Assembly (NCBI GenBank): GCA_903813345.2
Contig: CAIIXF020000001.1
Coordinates: 19,778,001-19,842,000, forward strand
DNA from: Owenia fusiformis
Taxonomy: Eukaryota
DNA: 64,000 nucleotides
Direction: 5' to 3'
Part shown: piece after piece, positions 1-14,508 of the stretch
Layout of the letters: every line of letters starts with the position of its first letter
Position numbering within the stretch: the first letter of the stretch is position 1
Position numbers and translations under genes: made by a program
The notes under the pieces: generated by a model
The model's database searches: none
Told to the model about the DNA's origin: nothing
The model's input: the letters and a program-made list of their open reading frames with translations, nothing else

Positions 1-199
1 TGATAATTTTCTGAAAAAGCATCAAGGTGAACACATCAACATTTTGAGAATCATATAAAAATATAACGATATGGCTAGTGAACCACAAAGCTCTCAACCC
101 CAAACAAACCACACATTTCATTTTAAGAGAACAAAAGATTATACTGCCTAGGTATGGATGGTAAATTGACTTATAATCAAGTTATCTAGACAATATTAA

Positions 200-407
200 C
201 AGGGGCGTCACCATGATTTTTTTCAATGGGGGTGCATTTACGGGAATGTCTTCATTGTCGTAGCTAATGCACTAATAAATAACTTCTCCACCTCTTTCAC
301 CAGAGCTCAGTTCTTCATTCTTCCAAGACATCTTCTCAGCGCCATGAACGAAATCCCTGGGAAGCTCAAAAAGAGGGGTGCGGTCACATCCCCTTCAGAC
401 GCCCATG
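200..407. mobile_element. Short MITE-like element
   Basis: Termini CAGGGGCGTC ... GACGCCCATG are near-perfect inverted repeats; ATTAA lies on both flanks; GC-richer than the surroundings. Confidence 0.45.
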
Positions 408-3400
408 ATTAATATTCAATATTAAGGTGGAGGGAAAAGGGAAAAAGTTACAACAACTAATGAACTTTCTTCATGGATTGTTATGGCTATATCACATAAT
501 AACAACATGTGCAATGTACATCCATTGTTTGTTATCATCCCCAAAAATTTGAAATATACATTTGAAACTCATCCTGATTCCTGATACTCATCGAATCTTT
601 TTCTTTCATGGTTGAGAAGAAATGAGATGTCACATTGCTTTTGAAGAGCAACCTAGACATTAAACAAAAGCAAAAGTATATCCGACCAGTATGACAACAT
701 GCTCAATACACACTATTACAGCCATAAGTTTGGCACTCAAAAAACAAAACGCTCACTAAACTTACCTAAGAAAATCCTAATCTAACGTCAAAGATCATTT
801 TAATCTCCAGGTTGTTCAAGGTCAAACTTTGCATTTTAAATATGCTCTTGAAAATATAAATCCTACTATCAACTATGCTTACTATGTTAAATACGCTCAC
901 TTAACTTCCTAATAACCACTACAAAATCTGAGGAATCGAACAGTGAAAATTTAATCCAGTTTTAGAGTTAAATGAGTCAATTTTGTTATTGTAGATCACG
1001 ATTCAAATCAAAGTACAATTAGATTACTTGTTATGTTTAAAAATGTGATTGCATAAATCTTAACTAAGCAGGTAATCCATTTGAATCTCATTAGCGGGCG
1101 TACCCTATTTTTGATATCAAACAATAGAAAAATCGTTGCTCAAAGCCTCGTAAATGATTATAACAGGATTTCTGTGAAACTTACAAGCACTTTAATTATT
1201 ATATCGCCAACTTACTGGCATGACTGTATTAAACAATGTTAAACTTAGGTAAAGTTGCAGAAAAGTGTAAAGTCTATTATCGCCCAATTTTCTCAGGCGA
1301 GTGACCATTTAGAAAACTTGGAAATAGTCCAAGGGAATCAAATATTTCTTTAGAATTCCCAGCCTTGAATTTATCTTCTTAATATTAGATTTCACAAATA
1401 AGATATTATTAGAGCATACATGAATATGATCTAAATACTTCAAATGACCTGAGCAAATCATGTTAGTATTAGATTACAATCTACGATTGATCAACCTCAA
1501 ATTTATGAAAAGTATACTTAAAAGTACACGGATACTTGAGATTGAGATGAGATTAAACCATTTAAAAGGTTCCGCAATGTCAAAACTCATAAGCATTACT
1601 TCTTACTACTATACAGAACCTTCTGCATCAGAAAAACTGCTCTCTGATGGATTTTTAGGTGGGTGCAAGCCTATTTTCAAAATCTCATGTGGGTACTGCG
1701 TCCACTTGCTTTAATGCTGGGGAGATCACTGCAATACATGCCTTTTGGACAATTTCTTGACCTTCAAAAAGAATCAAATCAAGAACTAACTATACAATAC
1801 ATTTACATGCAAAATGTCACCACCTGCCATTTGTTAAAGATGCCGAAATTCGAACACGAACCACCAAACGCCATCCACAAAAAAGTTAGAGACTATAACA
1901 ATAGGGCACCAAAAGAAACATGGTCTCATATACAGCAGTTTTTGCCTATTAGGAGACATCTGAATTGATATTTTTAGGTGATTCAGATACAATGCAATCA
2001 AGAAATGTACTATTGCTGGCATTATTAATACTGTAGTGTCACATTCTATATCATACCTGATTAGGTTTTCAAGATTAACAATTATTGGAATTCTTACTTT
2101 CCATGTCATCCAGCTATGGTTTTAAAAGCTAAACTCCAAAGAGGTCAACTTTGGGTGACAAAAGTTTAATATATACATATACAATTGACCATTTGACATA
2201 TTCATTATTTAGATCTGGCAAATATATGGCAACTTGTCCAAGGCTTAATAGATTTCTAGTCCTGCGGGCAATGCCAAATGGTAATCCCATCATCGAGCGA
2301 ACTTGGATTAATCTCAGAAATCTGTGTCAGCAGTTGCGTTCAGAAATCCAGAAAATAAATCATACAACATAACCAAAATGTTGATACTAGCAAATAAGAA
2401 AAAATAACAATTAATGGAACAATCACTTTCAAAATAACGCATTAACTGGCATAAGTAGCCGTTTACTCAAGATAATGTCTTTTCCATAATATTATTTGTA
2501 GAGGATTATTATTTGCGGTAAGTGGGTACACTTCCTTGTGTTCTATTACCCAAGGTTTATAGACCATTAAAGACCAAACAAAAATCATTTAAGAATTTGT
2601 TAACTCCTTAGTGAAATATTGAAAATAAATGTTGCGAATCCTTTAGGTCAATTCAGTTGCCATTCACTGCCTAATACTATGTATAGAGTGGGGCCCTGTG
2701 ATTGTAAAGAGGTTTAAAACATATTGAAAATACTTGTAACAATTTTCAACAGCCTCATAATGGCAATTAGTTGATGTTGGGTTGGTGTCCCCCAACCATA
2801 CAGTGAGTAATGGTTACATTGACGTTTATAGTTCATAACCAAGTGTAGTTTCAAATTTTTGTTTGTAAATTTTGAAAATTGTTAATTGTAAATGTATGTT
2901 CAAAGAATTTACAAAATAATGTCCCAGCAAAATGCTAGAGCAAAATGTAAAAGGTGTACCATTTCTATAATTTTATTTTAGTGTGTTATAACTAAGCCGA
3001 TATAATTGATAACTAGCTGTGTGACAGGAGGCTGGTCACTCATAAACCCTCTGGTTCAATGACCACACCTTTTATTGTTAATCTATCTTTATCTATACTA
3101 AAACCTTGGACATAAAAAGATGCATGACATGCTTATTGAATATTTAAGGGAAAATATTAAAAATAAAGATTTCAGACACATTTTGTGAGAATTTATGGAT
3201 GTACATGTACCTATATTTTTTTTACAAAACATGATCTAGGAGTGAAGCCACACTATTGATTTTTGGATCAAGTCATTAAACAAAACATTTACTCACCAAA
3301 AAGTGTTCATTATCTAATTATAGTGAACAGAAAATTAGCAATGTGATTGGTTGAGAGAATTTAGCAATGGTTACTTTATAATAAAATATAATATAATATA

Positions 3401-4763
3401 CCGTATTCTGCCTAAAAAACACACAGTGCGTTTCTCGAATTCTCCTGAAGGAGATGTTTCAAATGACAAAATCCCCCGGGATTTTTTAAAAATTAATATA
3501 TGGGCTATAATAGGGCACTTCATGATTTTCCTCTTTAAAACTGGACTAACCCAAACTAGATAGAATTGTAACATAACTCAATGTTTTCCTTTGCCGAATT
3601 TGTTTTCGTGGATTTAATCGACATATGTGTCACAATTCTGGACTGCCACTTTGGGAACTAACAGCGATATTTGAGTCAAAATCTAAAGGTTTTCTGTTAC
3701 TGACTGGCCTTCATAGTCAGAGAAAATATGTTTTATATTCATATTACTACGTCACGTTTAAAAATGAATGAATGTTTGTGTGTGTGGGAAAATGTGGAAA
3801 TATATTTCTGGATCAGAAGCTCCCATGTTGCTCTGCAAGTGTCGAATGGCTTCAGTCAGATTTAGCGTTCATTATGGCTTTTAGCTCATCACACGAGGGT
3901 TATCATGAACATGCCTATAGCTCTAAAGATTCCCGAGACACGTCTGTAACAGCACTGTGCACAGAAATGACTCAATCCATAGCGGAAAGTGAATTAATTG
4001 AATTCACCCTATATTCGCCCAATGATATTTTTCTAATTTTTTAATTTTTTCGTGATTTTTTTTACTCAAGTTGAGTCTTTCAAGAAAAAGTCATGAGTGT
4101 ATGTTTATTGGAGTATGTGCACCTATTAGAGATAATAAAAATTAAATATAATATGACATAGATGTTGATGATGCCCAAAACAAAATAGATTTGAACTCAT
4201 CAGCTTGTCATAAAATATATATCCTTCCTAGCATTTTATATTTTTTTAAATAAATAGTAGTCCATAATATCATCTTGTATATATATCCATAAAATCTAGA
4301 TTTCTATCTTGATCTGAGACTTATAAGAAGATAAACTCTACAATTTCCAGACTGAATATTGGATATAATAATCAAAATTAATGCTGAATGTGAATTAACT
4401 GCCAGATTTAAAATTATCATAATGAGAGTCTATCTCAGATTTATAAATATGTTTTCACAAAACAATTTTTAAGAACACTTACCATTCAAAGAATCGAATC
4501 AATATCCGCAATTTAGAATCCAACTGGCCAAGAATGGAGATTTTGATTTCAAATTCATGATCCGTCTTCAGATTGATCTTGACGTTTAAACGAGGCAGTC
4601 ATATGCCATTTAGGTGATCTCTTGTCTAAATATTGCATTTAAGCTGCCCCGAACTGAGGATTCTGACCACTACTTAACGCTAATCCTTATTTACATTCTG
4701 CTTTATATCAGCTACTGATGAAAGCCGTCCAAAGAGAGTAAAGACCGGTTCAATTCAGCTAAA

Positions 4764-7480
4764 TTAAAATATCTGAAAGGACAAGTTTCATTGAATGACT
4801 TTGGTAATGCCTCAGGACTTAAATTATCGTACATAATGTCAGACTATGTTTTCCTTGCAATCAAAATACTACATTGTCAAAACTAAACTTGAATGACACA
4901 GTTTTATTCTTGGGAGTGTGTTTGTATTGCTTAGATTGGTGTTCAGCAAGGGGATCTATTGTCACAAGTGTTTTCTAAGTCCCAAGTGTCTAAGTATGAT
5001 GTTTTCATCAGACCAATTGACTTACAAAAGTTACAGGGCATTCTAGAAAGATATTAACTTTCAATGCCAACAATAACAATTTTACAATTATATCTCTGAT
5101 TAAAATTTCATACTTTTTCTAGAATACAGATATATTCAATACTTCTTAAATTAATTTAATAAATAAACTTATATCTCTTATTGTTGTCTTAATCGATAGG
5201 GGGTCAAATATAAAAATAATCTGATTTAGCAGTTAGATGTCAAAATTAGCCTCTGGGATAAGATGCATTTAAACTTATAAAGTACCAAGGTACCTATAGT
5301 TTATATAGAATAAAAGATTTACACAAATTTAAAATTTAACCTATTTTAACTGACAAATCAAATAACTTGTGGCCAAAAAAAATCCCACAGATTGTGCATT
5401 CTCCAGATAACACCAAACAAACTTAATTCTGTTTGGTAAACAAAAATTCAAATATTTTATGCAAAGTCAAAACTTAAATAAAGTATGACGCATTTAAGAT
5501 CAACGGAACAACAAATTGATGCATAAGATATGACAAATCCCATCAAGCCCATGATCCCATTAACTTATCCCATATATCTGAAAATGCTTTCAACGAGGAC
5601 ACAATTAATGCTATAAGCTGACACAAAACTGTATGAAAGAGGTAGCAAAGAACACAAGTAAATATTAAAAGTCCAGCCAAAGTGTCCGTTCTGGAGAGTA
5701 CAATAAATAAACGTGTTTGTGTTTCAACATTCAGGAAAGATCAAATTTCTGGGACATACAAAGGTTGCACTTAACATTTCTTAACAAAAGTTTCGTAGGT
5801 CAACACTAAACATGATTATATGACGCAGTTTTGTTCAAATTGAATTACAACCGTTTGATCTAAAAAACAAGAACCTAAATAAAAACATTGTTTGATATTA
5901 TGTTACAAATGTTTTTAAGAGGTAACTTAGCATAAATAATTTGAAAAGAACAATCGTTGGAACAAAGATTTGAGTGAAAAACATCTTAAAAAACTAGGAT
6001 GATAACAACAGAAAAATCTCTCACCAATATCCATTTGTGATTTTCATCTTGTACTTCTATTGGAGTACTCTTTCTTGAATGCCTTCTTGGGGATCTTGTA
6101 CGAGACAACTGAAATGCATACATTAAATCTGAGTCATGTGCTAAATGTGAAATTAACTAAGACAATTGATATACAGTTGATGAACAAACTGGTGAATCAC
6201 AAAAATTAGCCAAGATAATTACTATATGGATTAAAGATTTGGGATTTCATAGTTTTTGGAATCATGATATTACTCTGATCATCTGGTTCAACCTAACAGT
6301 TTTGAATGTGTATAAAGATATCCTCATTTGTTTTTAACAATATAAATATTGACATAAACGTAATATGCCAAAGGTAGAGAATCTCATTTCTATCTTTTTG
6401 TGTAACTTCATGTATAATTTGATATAAATTCAAAGATAAACATGTGGTACACCCTTTGTTTATCGAGCAGCATTCTCTTTAATACCCTTAAGCCCATTAT
6501 CAAGTAGTAATTGCTATCCTCTGTGGAAAAATAAATAAAATATTTTGCCCATTTGTGTCTAAATGTGGAATAAAATAACAACCAATTATGAAGACGAAAA
6601 AGCAGTGACTAATTTTGATTGACCATATCTGATTGGGTAAAGCTAGATTAAAGAATTGTTCTTTTAGAATATATTGTATAATTAATGTGATTCAAGTTCT
6701 CCTATAAATTCTCTAATGATAACTCTTTCACATATCTTGAACAGTTAACTTCACCGATTTACAATAATTCACAAATGTAATAAATGTGGATAATATAGTC
6801 CATTATACTCACAGCGACATCTTTACAATACAATAAAATAATATTTAATGATTTCGCTTTACAATATGTTTGAGATAACAACTAAATCAAACAATTCTGA
6901 AGTATGTAGTGAGTTCTGTTTATATAAATATTAGTTAGATTTACATCATGTTATCAGTAGTTTAGCACCTTTTCAATGGCACTTTAATCGTGACTATTGT
7001 TATACTCAGTTTTAGAAGAAAATTTCGAAACAGGTTTCTGTCATATGAAGTGAATAATATATGATTTCCTCAAAAGGACATATGAGTATACTTTAAGTAC
7101 ACTAACTTGTACTCTTTATCCTTTTTAAAGTACATTTGATTCTAATTATTACAGATTCATAATATATGTACATGCAGTGACATTATGTAACATACCTTCC
7201 TTATACTACTTGTAGCATGTCTTCCAGATTCCCCAAAATGTTTTGTATTGTCATTATCTCTGCCCATATCACTGTATCCCCTTTCTGTATTCAGAGCTTG
7301 TCCTTTTGGGGCAATTATAGTTTCATAGTGTATCCGTCCAAATCTTTGATCAGTGTCTTGAGTGGCAACATTTCTCTGCCGTATTCTAGGCCTTATTGCA
7401 CAATTTAACTCACGGTCAGAGCGCTGCATCTGTGGATGTATTGAACGCTGCAGAAATGGTTCACTGACTTTCTCTCTCAT
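4764..7480 (-). other. Candidate spliced orphan transcript or small ORF (exons ~7513-7196, 6108-6025, 4772-4483)
   Basis: Acceptors tttcag at 7514, 6109 and 4773; donors GTATG (7195), GTGAG (6024) and GTAAGT (4482). Phase-0 joins give about 125 aa, MREKVSEPF...SSIRK|LSRTRSPRR...KWIL|IF*. No recognisable domain. Confidence 0.3.
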
Positions 7481-7711
7481 AATCTGCTTGATCAATCTCC
7501 AGTAAAATTACAGCTGAAATAGAGAATAAAAGAATGGTTTGAACTGTATCTAATCTTTTTTTGTTGTGGCCTCCATATTCCAGTTTTTGTGCAACCCCTT
7601 CACTTGATTGTGGCAGGTACCACATAATGGTATTAGTCATAAACAACTGGAACACCCCAATCCCAGGACTAGATATATCATAGAAAATTGCACCAGCATA
7701 AATATCAAAAT

Positions 7712-9132
7712 CTGTGTTCTCCCGGACTGAAAAATGCGTGGCGCTTGCGCCACGCACATTGTGGCTGCGCCACGCTGATTTATTGCGCGCCACACATTTA
7801 TTAACAGCGCCACGCATTAGACTTTGACAGAAAAATTTCCCAAAGTTAAAATAGAAATTGAAAAAAATCAAAGTTTTAATCACATCAAAATCTCAGCCCG
7901 TTTTGCTTGAAAACGATACAAAATGCTCTATGTAGATAAAGAAATGTCTGTACTTACCTTTCTTGCACTAAAGAATCTTCAATTTACCTTCTATTTTGAT
8001 AAAAAACAGTTTGATTTGCACAGAAATGAATTCTTCTTCTTCTTAGTCCTTTTCAGTGTTCCTTATAAGGTGTTCCGGGATCACTTTGGCATTATTATGC
8101 TGCCTTTGATCACTTGTTGCTGTTTTTAAAACTCATGTACTAAAATTATCACTTGTACTTTTCACTTGTGCTTATTTTACTTCTGTTGGGAGAGAGAGCG
8201 CTAAAACTTGTTATCTAACGTAGTCTAAAATGCAAGTGTTTTTCCATTAAAATGAGATGTTAAAATAGAGTCACTATCTCACTCGAGTTAAAAATAAGTT
8301 ATTAAAATCTCTTGGATTTCTGTATAAATGCCTGCAGGCATTTCATAATTTCTTTATTTAACTTATGGTCCAGGCTTGTGTTGAGTCCTGTGATTGTTTG
8401 TAGGTCTAGAGCTGGATTGTATTTAGCTCCTAGTAGTATCTGTTGCACTTTGGCCAAAAGAATCTCCCTCTCTTCCTGGAACTTAGAGCAAGCAAAGATG
8501 TAATGTTCAACTGTCTCTGGTATGTTACAGTGGTCACAGTTGGGAGATAAAATATCGGGGTTAATTCTATGGTGATGGCCATGTAAACGGGTGTGCAAAT
8601 GAAACATGTTTTTTCTGGGTCAGGACTCACAGCCTCCGATTTTGAAGAGTACACTGAACGAAAATGAACAAGTGTGCACATTTTCCCGGGAATTTCGGAC
8701 TCAATAATTATAGTTGAATTATATATTGAATATAGTTGAAATATGTGGCCACATACTGAAAATTATTTTGTATATTGAACTTTATATTATATTATGGAAA
8801 TAAATATTAAATTGAACATAGAATTAAAACAAACCTCTGAGCATTTATATTGCAACATGGCCTATTGTCATTAAAGTAGATGATCATACAGTGCTAAATT
8901 TCATTTGTTTTGATGTTATGTAATTACATAACATCAAAACAAATGTTTAGCATATTTATAACAATTGGCTGTTGATGCAAATGATTGTGATTAAATAACA
9001 CCGCGAAGCGGCGCCGATTTTTTTAAGCATGTTTTTGTAAACTTATCACCGCCCTAATAATTTTGCCACCACCCATCAATTTTTATTCAAACTTTTTCAC
9101 CACTCACTTTTGAAAAATTAGGGAGAACACTG
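7712..9132. mobile_element. Non-autonomous hAT-like DNA element
   Basis: TIR CTGTGTTCTCCC ... GGGAGAACACTG; subterminal GCGCCACGC repeats at the left end; TSD not clean. Confidence 0.5.
8302..8610 (-). mobile_element. 5'-truncated non-LTR retrotransposon (LINE) fragment, C-terminal zinc knuckle
   Basis: The ORF contains CDHCNIPETVEHYIFAC (CX2CX7HX4C), typical of the ORF2 C-terminus of I/Nimb/Ingi-type LINEs, and ends in TAA TAA. It is nested in the 7712-9132 element. Confidence 0.75.
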
Positions 9133-9978
9133 AAAATCATTAAAAGTTTGGATCATCAGAGTTAAGACCTGCTTAATGAGGAAACACACTTGGTTTCGTG
9201 TGCTTTTTTGATATTCTAAACTCATAGTGTATCTGCTTTATTCGCATAAACATTTATCTGCTCATGCATCTTTCTGCCTTTAGTTTTGTCATTTCTCTGT
9301 GATCCAGGTTATGAAAGAAAATGAACCTTTATCTCACATCTCTTGATACCCACTTCTAATATGCCTTAATTTATCGGTCTAGGTATAGCAAAATTGAAGT
9401 TTCAAAATTTGAAAAATTGCGTAGCAGGGAAGAAAAGATATTAAAATAAACTTTAACAAGGCATTAACATGCAAAATTTCACTACCTGCCATTTGTTACA
9501 GACACAACTGCTGTTACAGATGCCGAAAGCTGTTACAGATGTCAAACACTAAAAGCCAAATACCATCCTCAAAGATGTTGGAGACTATCTGAATAACAAT
9601 ATGTCATTGTCATAAAAAAATAAGAAAAATATTATTCATCTGACTACTCAATGATATGGCAGCATCATGAATTTGGATCTTACCAACCAACCCAATACAT
9701 TTAAATGACTATACAAGACAGGGAGGTTGGATCCTAGGGGACCAACTCGATATCGAGTAATTATTGTGAGTAATTTGTTCAGTGCTGATTTCTACGACAA
9801 AGAATTCAAGAGTGGACTACAAGGAGAATGGCCAATATTCTAGAGAAATCGACGACAATCAATGAAAATGTTGTTATTGTCTGACCATGATAACCGGCTG
9901 TAAACCCATAATCAACAATCCAAAAGATTTGAACTAATAGGCCTACCTTACCTTCTTCTAAGACTCCTAATCGAATTC

Positions 9979-10538
9979 TTATCGAATTCTACGACCACTT
10001 TAGATTGTGATCATACGCGCGTATAATTGGTCAGTCAATGTTTTTACAAAGTTGGAGAAAATACTACGCATTGCACACCTCAATGACCTACCTCGATACA
10101 TTCCTTAGTATTTTAGAATTCTTTTTATGGAGTTGAATCGCCCATTGTATGGGTTTATTGGCAGAACGAAGAGGTTTTCGTTTTTGATATCAATATTTGT
10201 GTGTAATATTTAACTTATTTCAACCGTCAAATTCCTCCATTCAGTTCCCGGCATGCACCAGTCATAAGGGAAATCCCTGGGGAATTCCCATTCCGACATT
10301 TTGAAAATTGCTGATATATTTCCGATGTAAAAACTAAAATCTCTTCGTTCTGCCGATAAACCCATACAATTGGCGATCTAACAATAACATAAAAAGAATT
10401 CTAAAATACTAAGGAATGTATCGAGGTAGGTCATTTAGGTGTACAATGCGTAGTATTTTCTCCAACTTTGTAAAAACATTGACTGACCAATTATATGCTC
10501 GTACGACCACAATCTAAAGGGGTCGTAGGATGCGATAA
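9979..10538. mobile_element. Long-TIR palindromic MITE
   Basis: Arms ~9979-10190 and ~10325-10538 are reverse complements, e.g. ggtcagtcaatgtttttacaaagttggagaaaatactacgcattg vs caatgcgtagtattttctccaactttgtaaaaacattgactgacc. Confidence 0.8.
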
Positions 10539-11447
10539 CTAAGGCTGGTAATTGGCTAGAGACTCGAGCTATCTTCTATCTTGTGTGTTTTGAACTTTTT
10601 TGCTTGGAAAAAATACTCTGACAAAAAAATCTCTGGCTATACATGTTCCCTATGGCTGTGTCGCACCATCCGAGACCCTATCTGTAGCAAGATTTATGCC
10701 TGGGACAATCGTCACCATAGACCCTGGTAGTGTTATCGTGAAAGCCTGGTATAACCTTGACAATGTTATATTATATTGCATGGGCTCTCATTGACGGTTG
10801 TGAGGTATACGTCTTGCAATAGATAGCATGTGCACAATCCGCGCCTCAGACTGAGACTCATTCCATATTGTCACTCGTCTCCATAAGCGCAAAAATTTGC
10901 TTTAGTTCTATCTCTAACTGTATATCATAATACCTACCTCTAAATCTTCACCTAGGCTTTATAAACATGACCTACGAGAAAAGCACGCTACGCTTCACTT
11001 TTAATGCAATATGATCCAGAAATAACACTGAAATTCAATATGTTATTTTAATATTTTCATGATGATGTTAGATTTTAAAAAATCCCCGCTTTAGACTGGA
11101 CTAACCGATCAACATAAACAATTATTATAACCGATCAACTGATATAGTACAGACTTGTTGTTGACTGTTGTTTTGCATTTAATGCTGCTTTTTCCTCAGC
11201 AGTTGGCCACTGTATACTTTGTTTATCTCTCGGTGCTCTCACTCTTTCACTTGTTGCGCAGAGTGGGTTAATATTCCCCATTGAAATCTATATCTCATAG
11301 GTTCTGGGCCGATATAAAGATGGCAGCACCAACAGAATCCAGTATTATCTTTTTGAGAATAAATAAACACAGATCGATTACCATGCCATCTTTAAAAATT
11401 ATTTCTATCGGCCTTAGCCTGTTAGATGCGATATCATTATCTATATC

Positions 11448-11751
11448 CACTGGCGGATCTGGGGGGGGGGGGGGGCAGGGGCCCGGGCCTTCCCTTCGGT
11501 GGGCCCAGAAAAAAAATTGGACCCAAAAAATGTTGAGCCAAAAAAGGCCCTAGGGCCCCAAAAAGTGGGCCTTTTTGGTCATAAATGGGCCTTCTATGGC
11601 CTGATTTTTTTAATTTAAGGCCAAATTTTGAAGAAAATTGGCTTATATAATTCAAAATGTGGGTCCACTTTTTGGTTTTAGGGGCCCAAAATGTTTTCTC
11701 AGACCAGAAATTTGCCCCCCTCCCCTTTGTTGGTTCCCAGAACCGCCCCTG
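11448..11751. mobile_element. GC-rich MITE
   Basis: TIR CACTGGCGGATCT ... AGAACCGCCCCTG; poly-G and poly-C subterminal tracts; GGGCCC repeats. Confidence 0.7.
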
Positions 11752-11869
11752 ACATCAGTGTCAAGATTTAGGGACAAAAATTTATGTCATTTTTAAGTAA
11801 AGCTTTTTTTCTTTACAATGACGAGTTGAGAAATTTAAAAACATCCCACTTACTGAACTTTTAAACTTT

Positions 11870-13368
11870 TAAGGCATGTATTTTCAAAAAGCTTTACATT
11901 GGCGATATTCCATTACATTCTTGGACTTTGATTATTTTACGATTGGAAGTTGTGAACTTTTAATGCAGGCATTTTCAAAAAGCTTTACATTGGCCATATT
12001 CCTTTACATTCTTGGACTTAGAATATTTTATGATATATAGAAGTGTAATTTATGGCATGCATTTTCAAAAAGCTTTACATTGGCCATTTTCCCTTACATT
12101 CTTAGACTTAGAATATTTTACGATCTGAAGAGGTGAACTTTTACAGCATGCATTTTCAAAAAGCTTTACATTGGCCATATTCCTTTACATTCTTGGACTT
12201 AGAATATTTCACGAAGCAAAGTTGTGAACTTTTTATGCAGGCATTTTCAAAAAGCTTTACATTGGCCATATTCCTTTACATTCTTGGACTTAGAATATTT
12301 TATGATATATAGAAGTGTAATTTATGGCATGCATTTTCAAAAAGCTTTACATTGGCCATTTTCCCTTACATTCTTAGACTTACAATACTTTACGATCTGA
12401 AGAGGTGAACTTTTACAGCATGCATTTTCAAAAAGCTTTACATTGGCCATATACCTTTACCTTCTTGGTCTTAGAATACTTCACGAAGCAAAGTTGTAAA
12501 CTTTTTATGCAGGCATTTTCAAAAAGCTTTACAATGGCCATTTTCCTTTACATTCTTGGACTTAAGATTATTTTACGATCTATAGAAGTGAAATTTTATG
12601 GCATGCATTTTCAAAAAGCTTTACATTGGTCATTTTCCTTTACATTCTTGGACTTAAATTATTTTATCATATATAGAAGTGAATTTTATGGCATGCATTT
12701 TCAAAAAGCTTTACATTGGCCATATTCCTTTACATTCTTAGACTTAGAATATTTTACGATCTAACGAGGTGTAATTTTACAGAATGCATTTTCAAAAAGC
12801 TTTACATTGGCTATATTCCTTTACATTCTTGGACTTAGATTATTTTACGATCTAACGAGGTGAAATTTTATGGCATGCATTTTCAAAAAGCTTTACATTG
12901 GCCATTTTCCTTTACATTCTTGGACTTAGAATATTTTACGATATATACTTGATAACTTTTAAGGCATGTATTTTCAAAAAGCTTTACATTGGCAATATTC
13001 CTTTACATTCTTGGACTTAGAATATTTCACGAAGCAAAGTTGTGAACTTTTTATGCAGGCATTTTCAAAAAGCTTTACATTGGCGAAATTCCATTACATT
13101 CTTGGACTTAGAATATTTTGTGATTGAAAGTTGTGAATTTTTATAGCATGCATTTTCAAAAAGCTTTACATTGGCCATATTCCTTTACATTCTTGGACTT
13201 AGATTATTTTACGATCTATAGAAATGAAATTTTACAGCATGCATTTTCAAAAAGCTTTACATTGGCCATTTTCCTTTACATTCTTGGACTTAGATTATTT
13301 TACGATCTATAGAAGTAAAATTTTATGGCATGCATTTTCAAAAAGCTTTACATTGGCCATTTTCCTTT
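11870..13368 (+). repeat. ~90-bp tandem array, left arm part 1 (~16 units)
   Basis: Core cattttcaaaaagctttacattggccatattcctttacattcttggacttaga plus a variable segment of ~30 bp. Confidence 0.95.
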
Positions 13369-14508
13369 GGCCGCGCCTGGAGAGCCTTAAAATTTAAGGC
13401 TCTCTAGCCAAAATGCTAAAGAGCCTTAAATTTTAAGGTTCTTTAGCAGTTCGGCTAAAGAGCCTTAAATTTTAAGGCTCTTTAGCATTTTGGTAGCCAA
13501 TTCTGCTAGAGAGCCTTAAAGGAATTCCAGGCGACAGAAATGACGAAATATTGCTTCTGGGACAAGATCAAACGACTTTGACATATTCTATACCCAACCT
13601 TTTTTGTCATTCAACAAATCAGCACAAATATACATACAATACCAGCAGATATCGGACAAATTCAAAAAGAAATATTTTTTGATCGATAAAATCACTGATT
13701 ATTAAACCGGATGTGTCTTCTCTGAGGTCCGCAAAGAAGATGAAGAAGAAAACATATAAAGATTTCAGTCAATTCAATTTTGCCGTCGATTTAATTTTAA
13801 ATGGTTTTGAATAATCTTTGAATGCTTACTGTGACTTCTATTAGTACTGTTTTGACTTCCCCATTTCATAAACAGAACATTATCACTTTTTACTCGACTC
13901 ATAAATTTACTTCCGGTCTACCGGGAAAAATAAACGTTCTAAAACCTTTTCAATCCTCAGTCTAAATTTGGCTTTTTGAAGGTTCAAACGTTGACTTTGA
14001 ATGGACCTTTATGCATATATCGAAAATAGGTTCACCAGAGAAGGTGTAAGACCCCGGTGTAAGACCAGGCAATCACGTAAAAACTTTGATGACTTTGATG
14101 CTAGCCTAAAATCGTTGATACATAACAGATTTTTGATCAGAAGTTTTTGCAAAAAGTTTTGAAAAAATATCTTGTCAGATGAAAAATCCTAAAAACAGAA
14201 TTGAAATCAGCATTATCACTTTTTGCTCGATTCATAAATCTACTTCCGGTCTACCGAGAGAAATAAAAGAACCTTTTCAATCCTCAGTCTAAATTTGGCT
14301 TTTTAAAGGTTCAAACATCGATTTTGAACGGACCGTTCATGCATATATCGAAAATATATGTCTCTGATTCACCAGAGAAGGTGTAAGACCAGGCAATCAC
14401 GTATATAGCCAGAAAAATGTTATTTTTACCATTTTATCCACTATAAATCGCAACGTCCGTTTAGTAAAGATTTTGATGTATAGACATTTATTGATGGATT
14501 GGAGGCTA

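Noticed and set aside
4714-4756. Hammerhead ribozyme (CTGATGA followed by a stem)
   Set aside because: No GAAA after stem II and no convincing stems I and III.
1806-9592. Shared ~100-bp segments (1806-1900 vs 9468-9590; also 46605-46685 vs 53760-53842 inverted)
   Set aside because: Most simply fragments of ordinary dispersed repeats; no termini or coding signal to support more.
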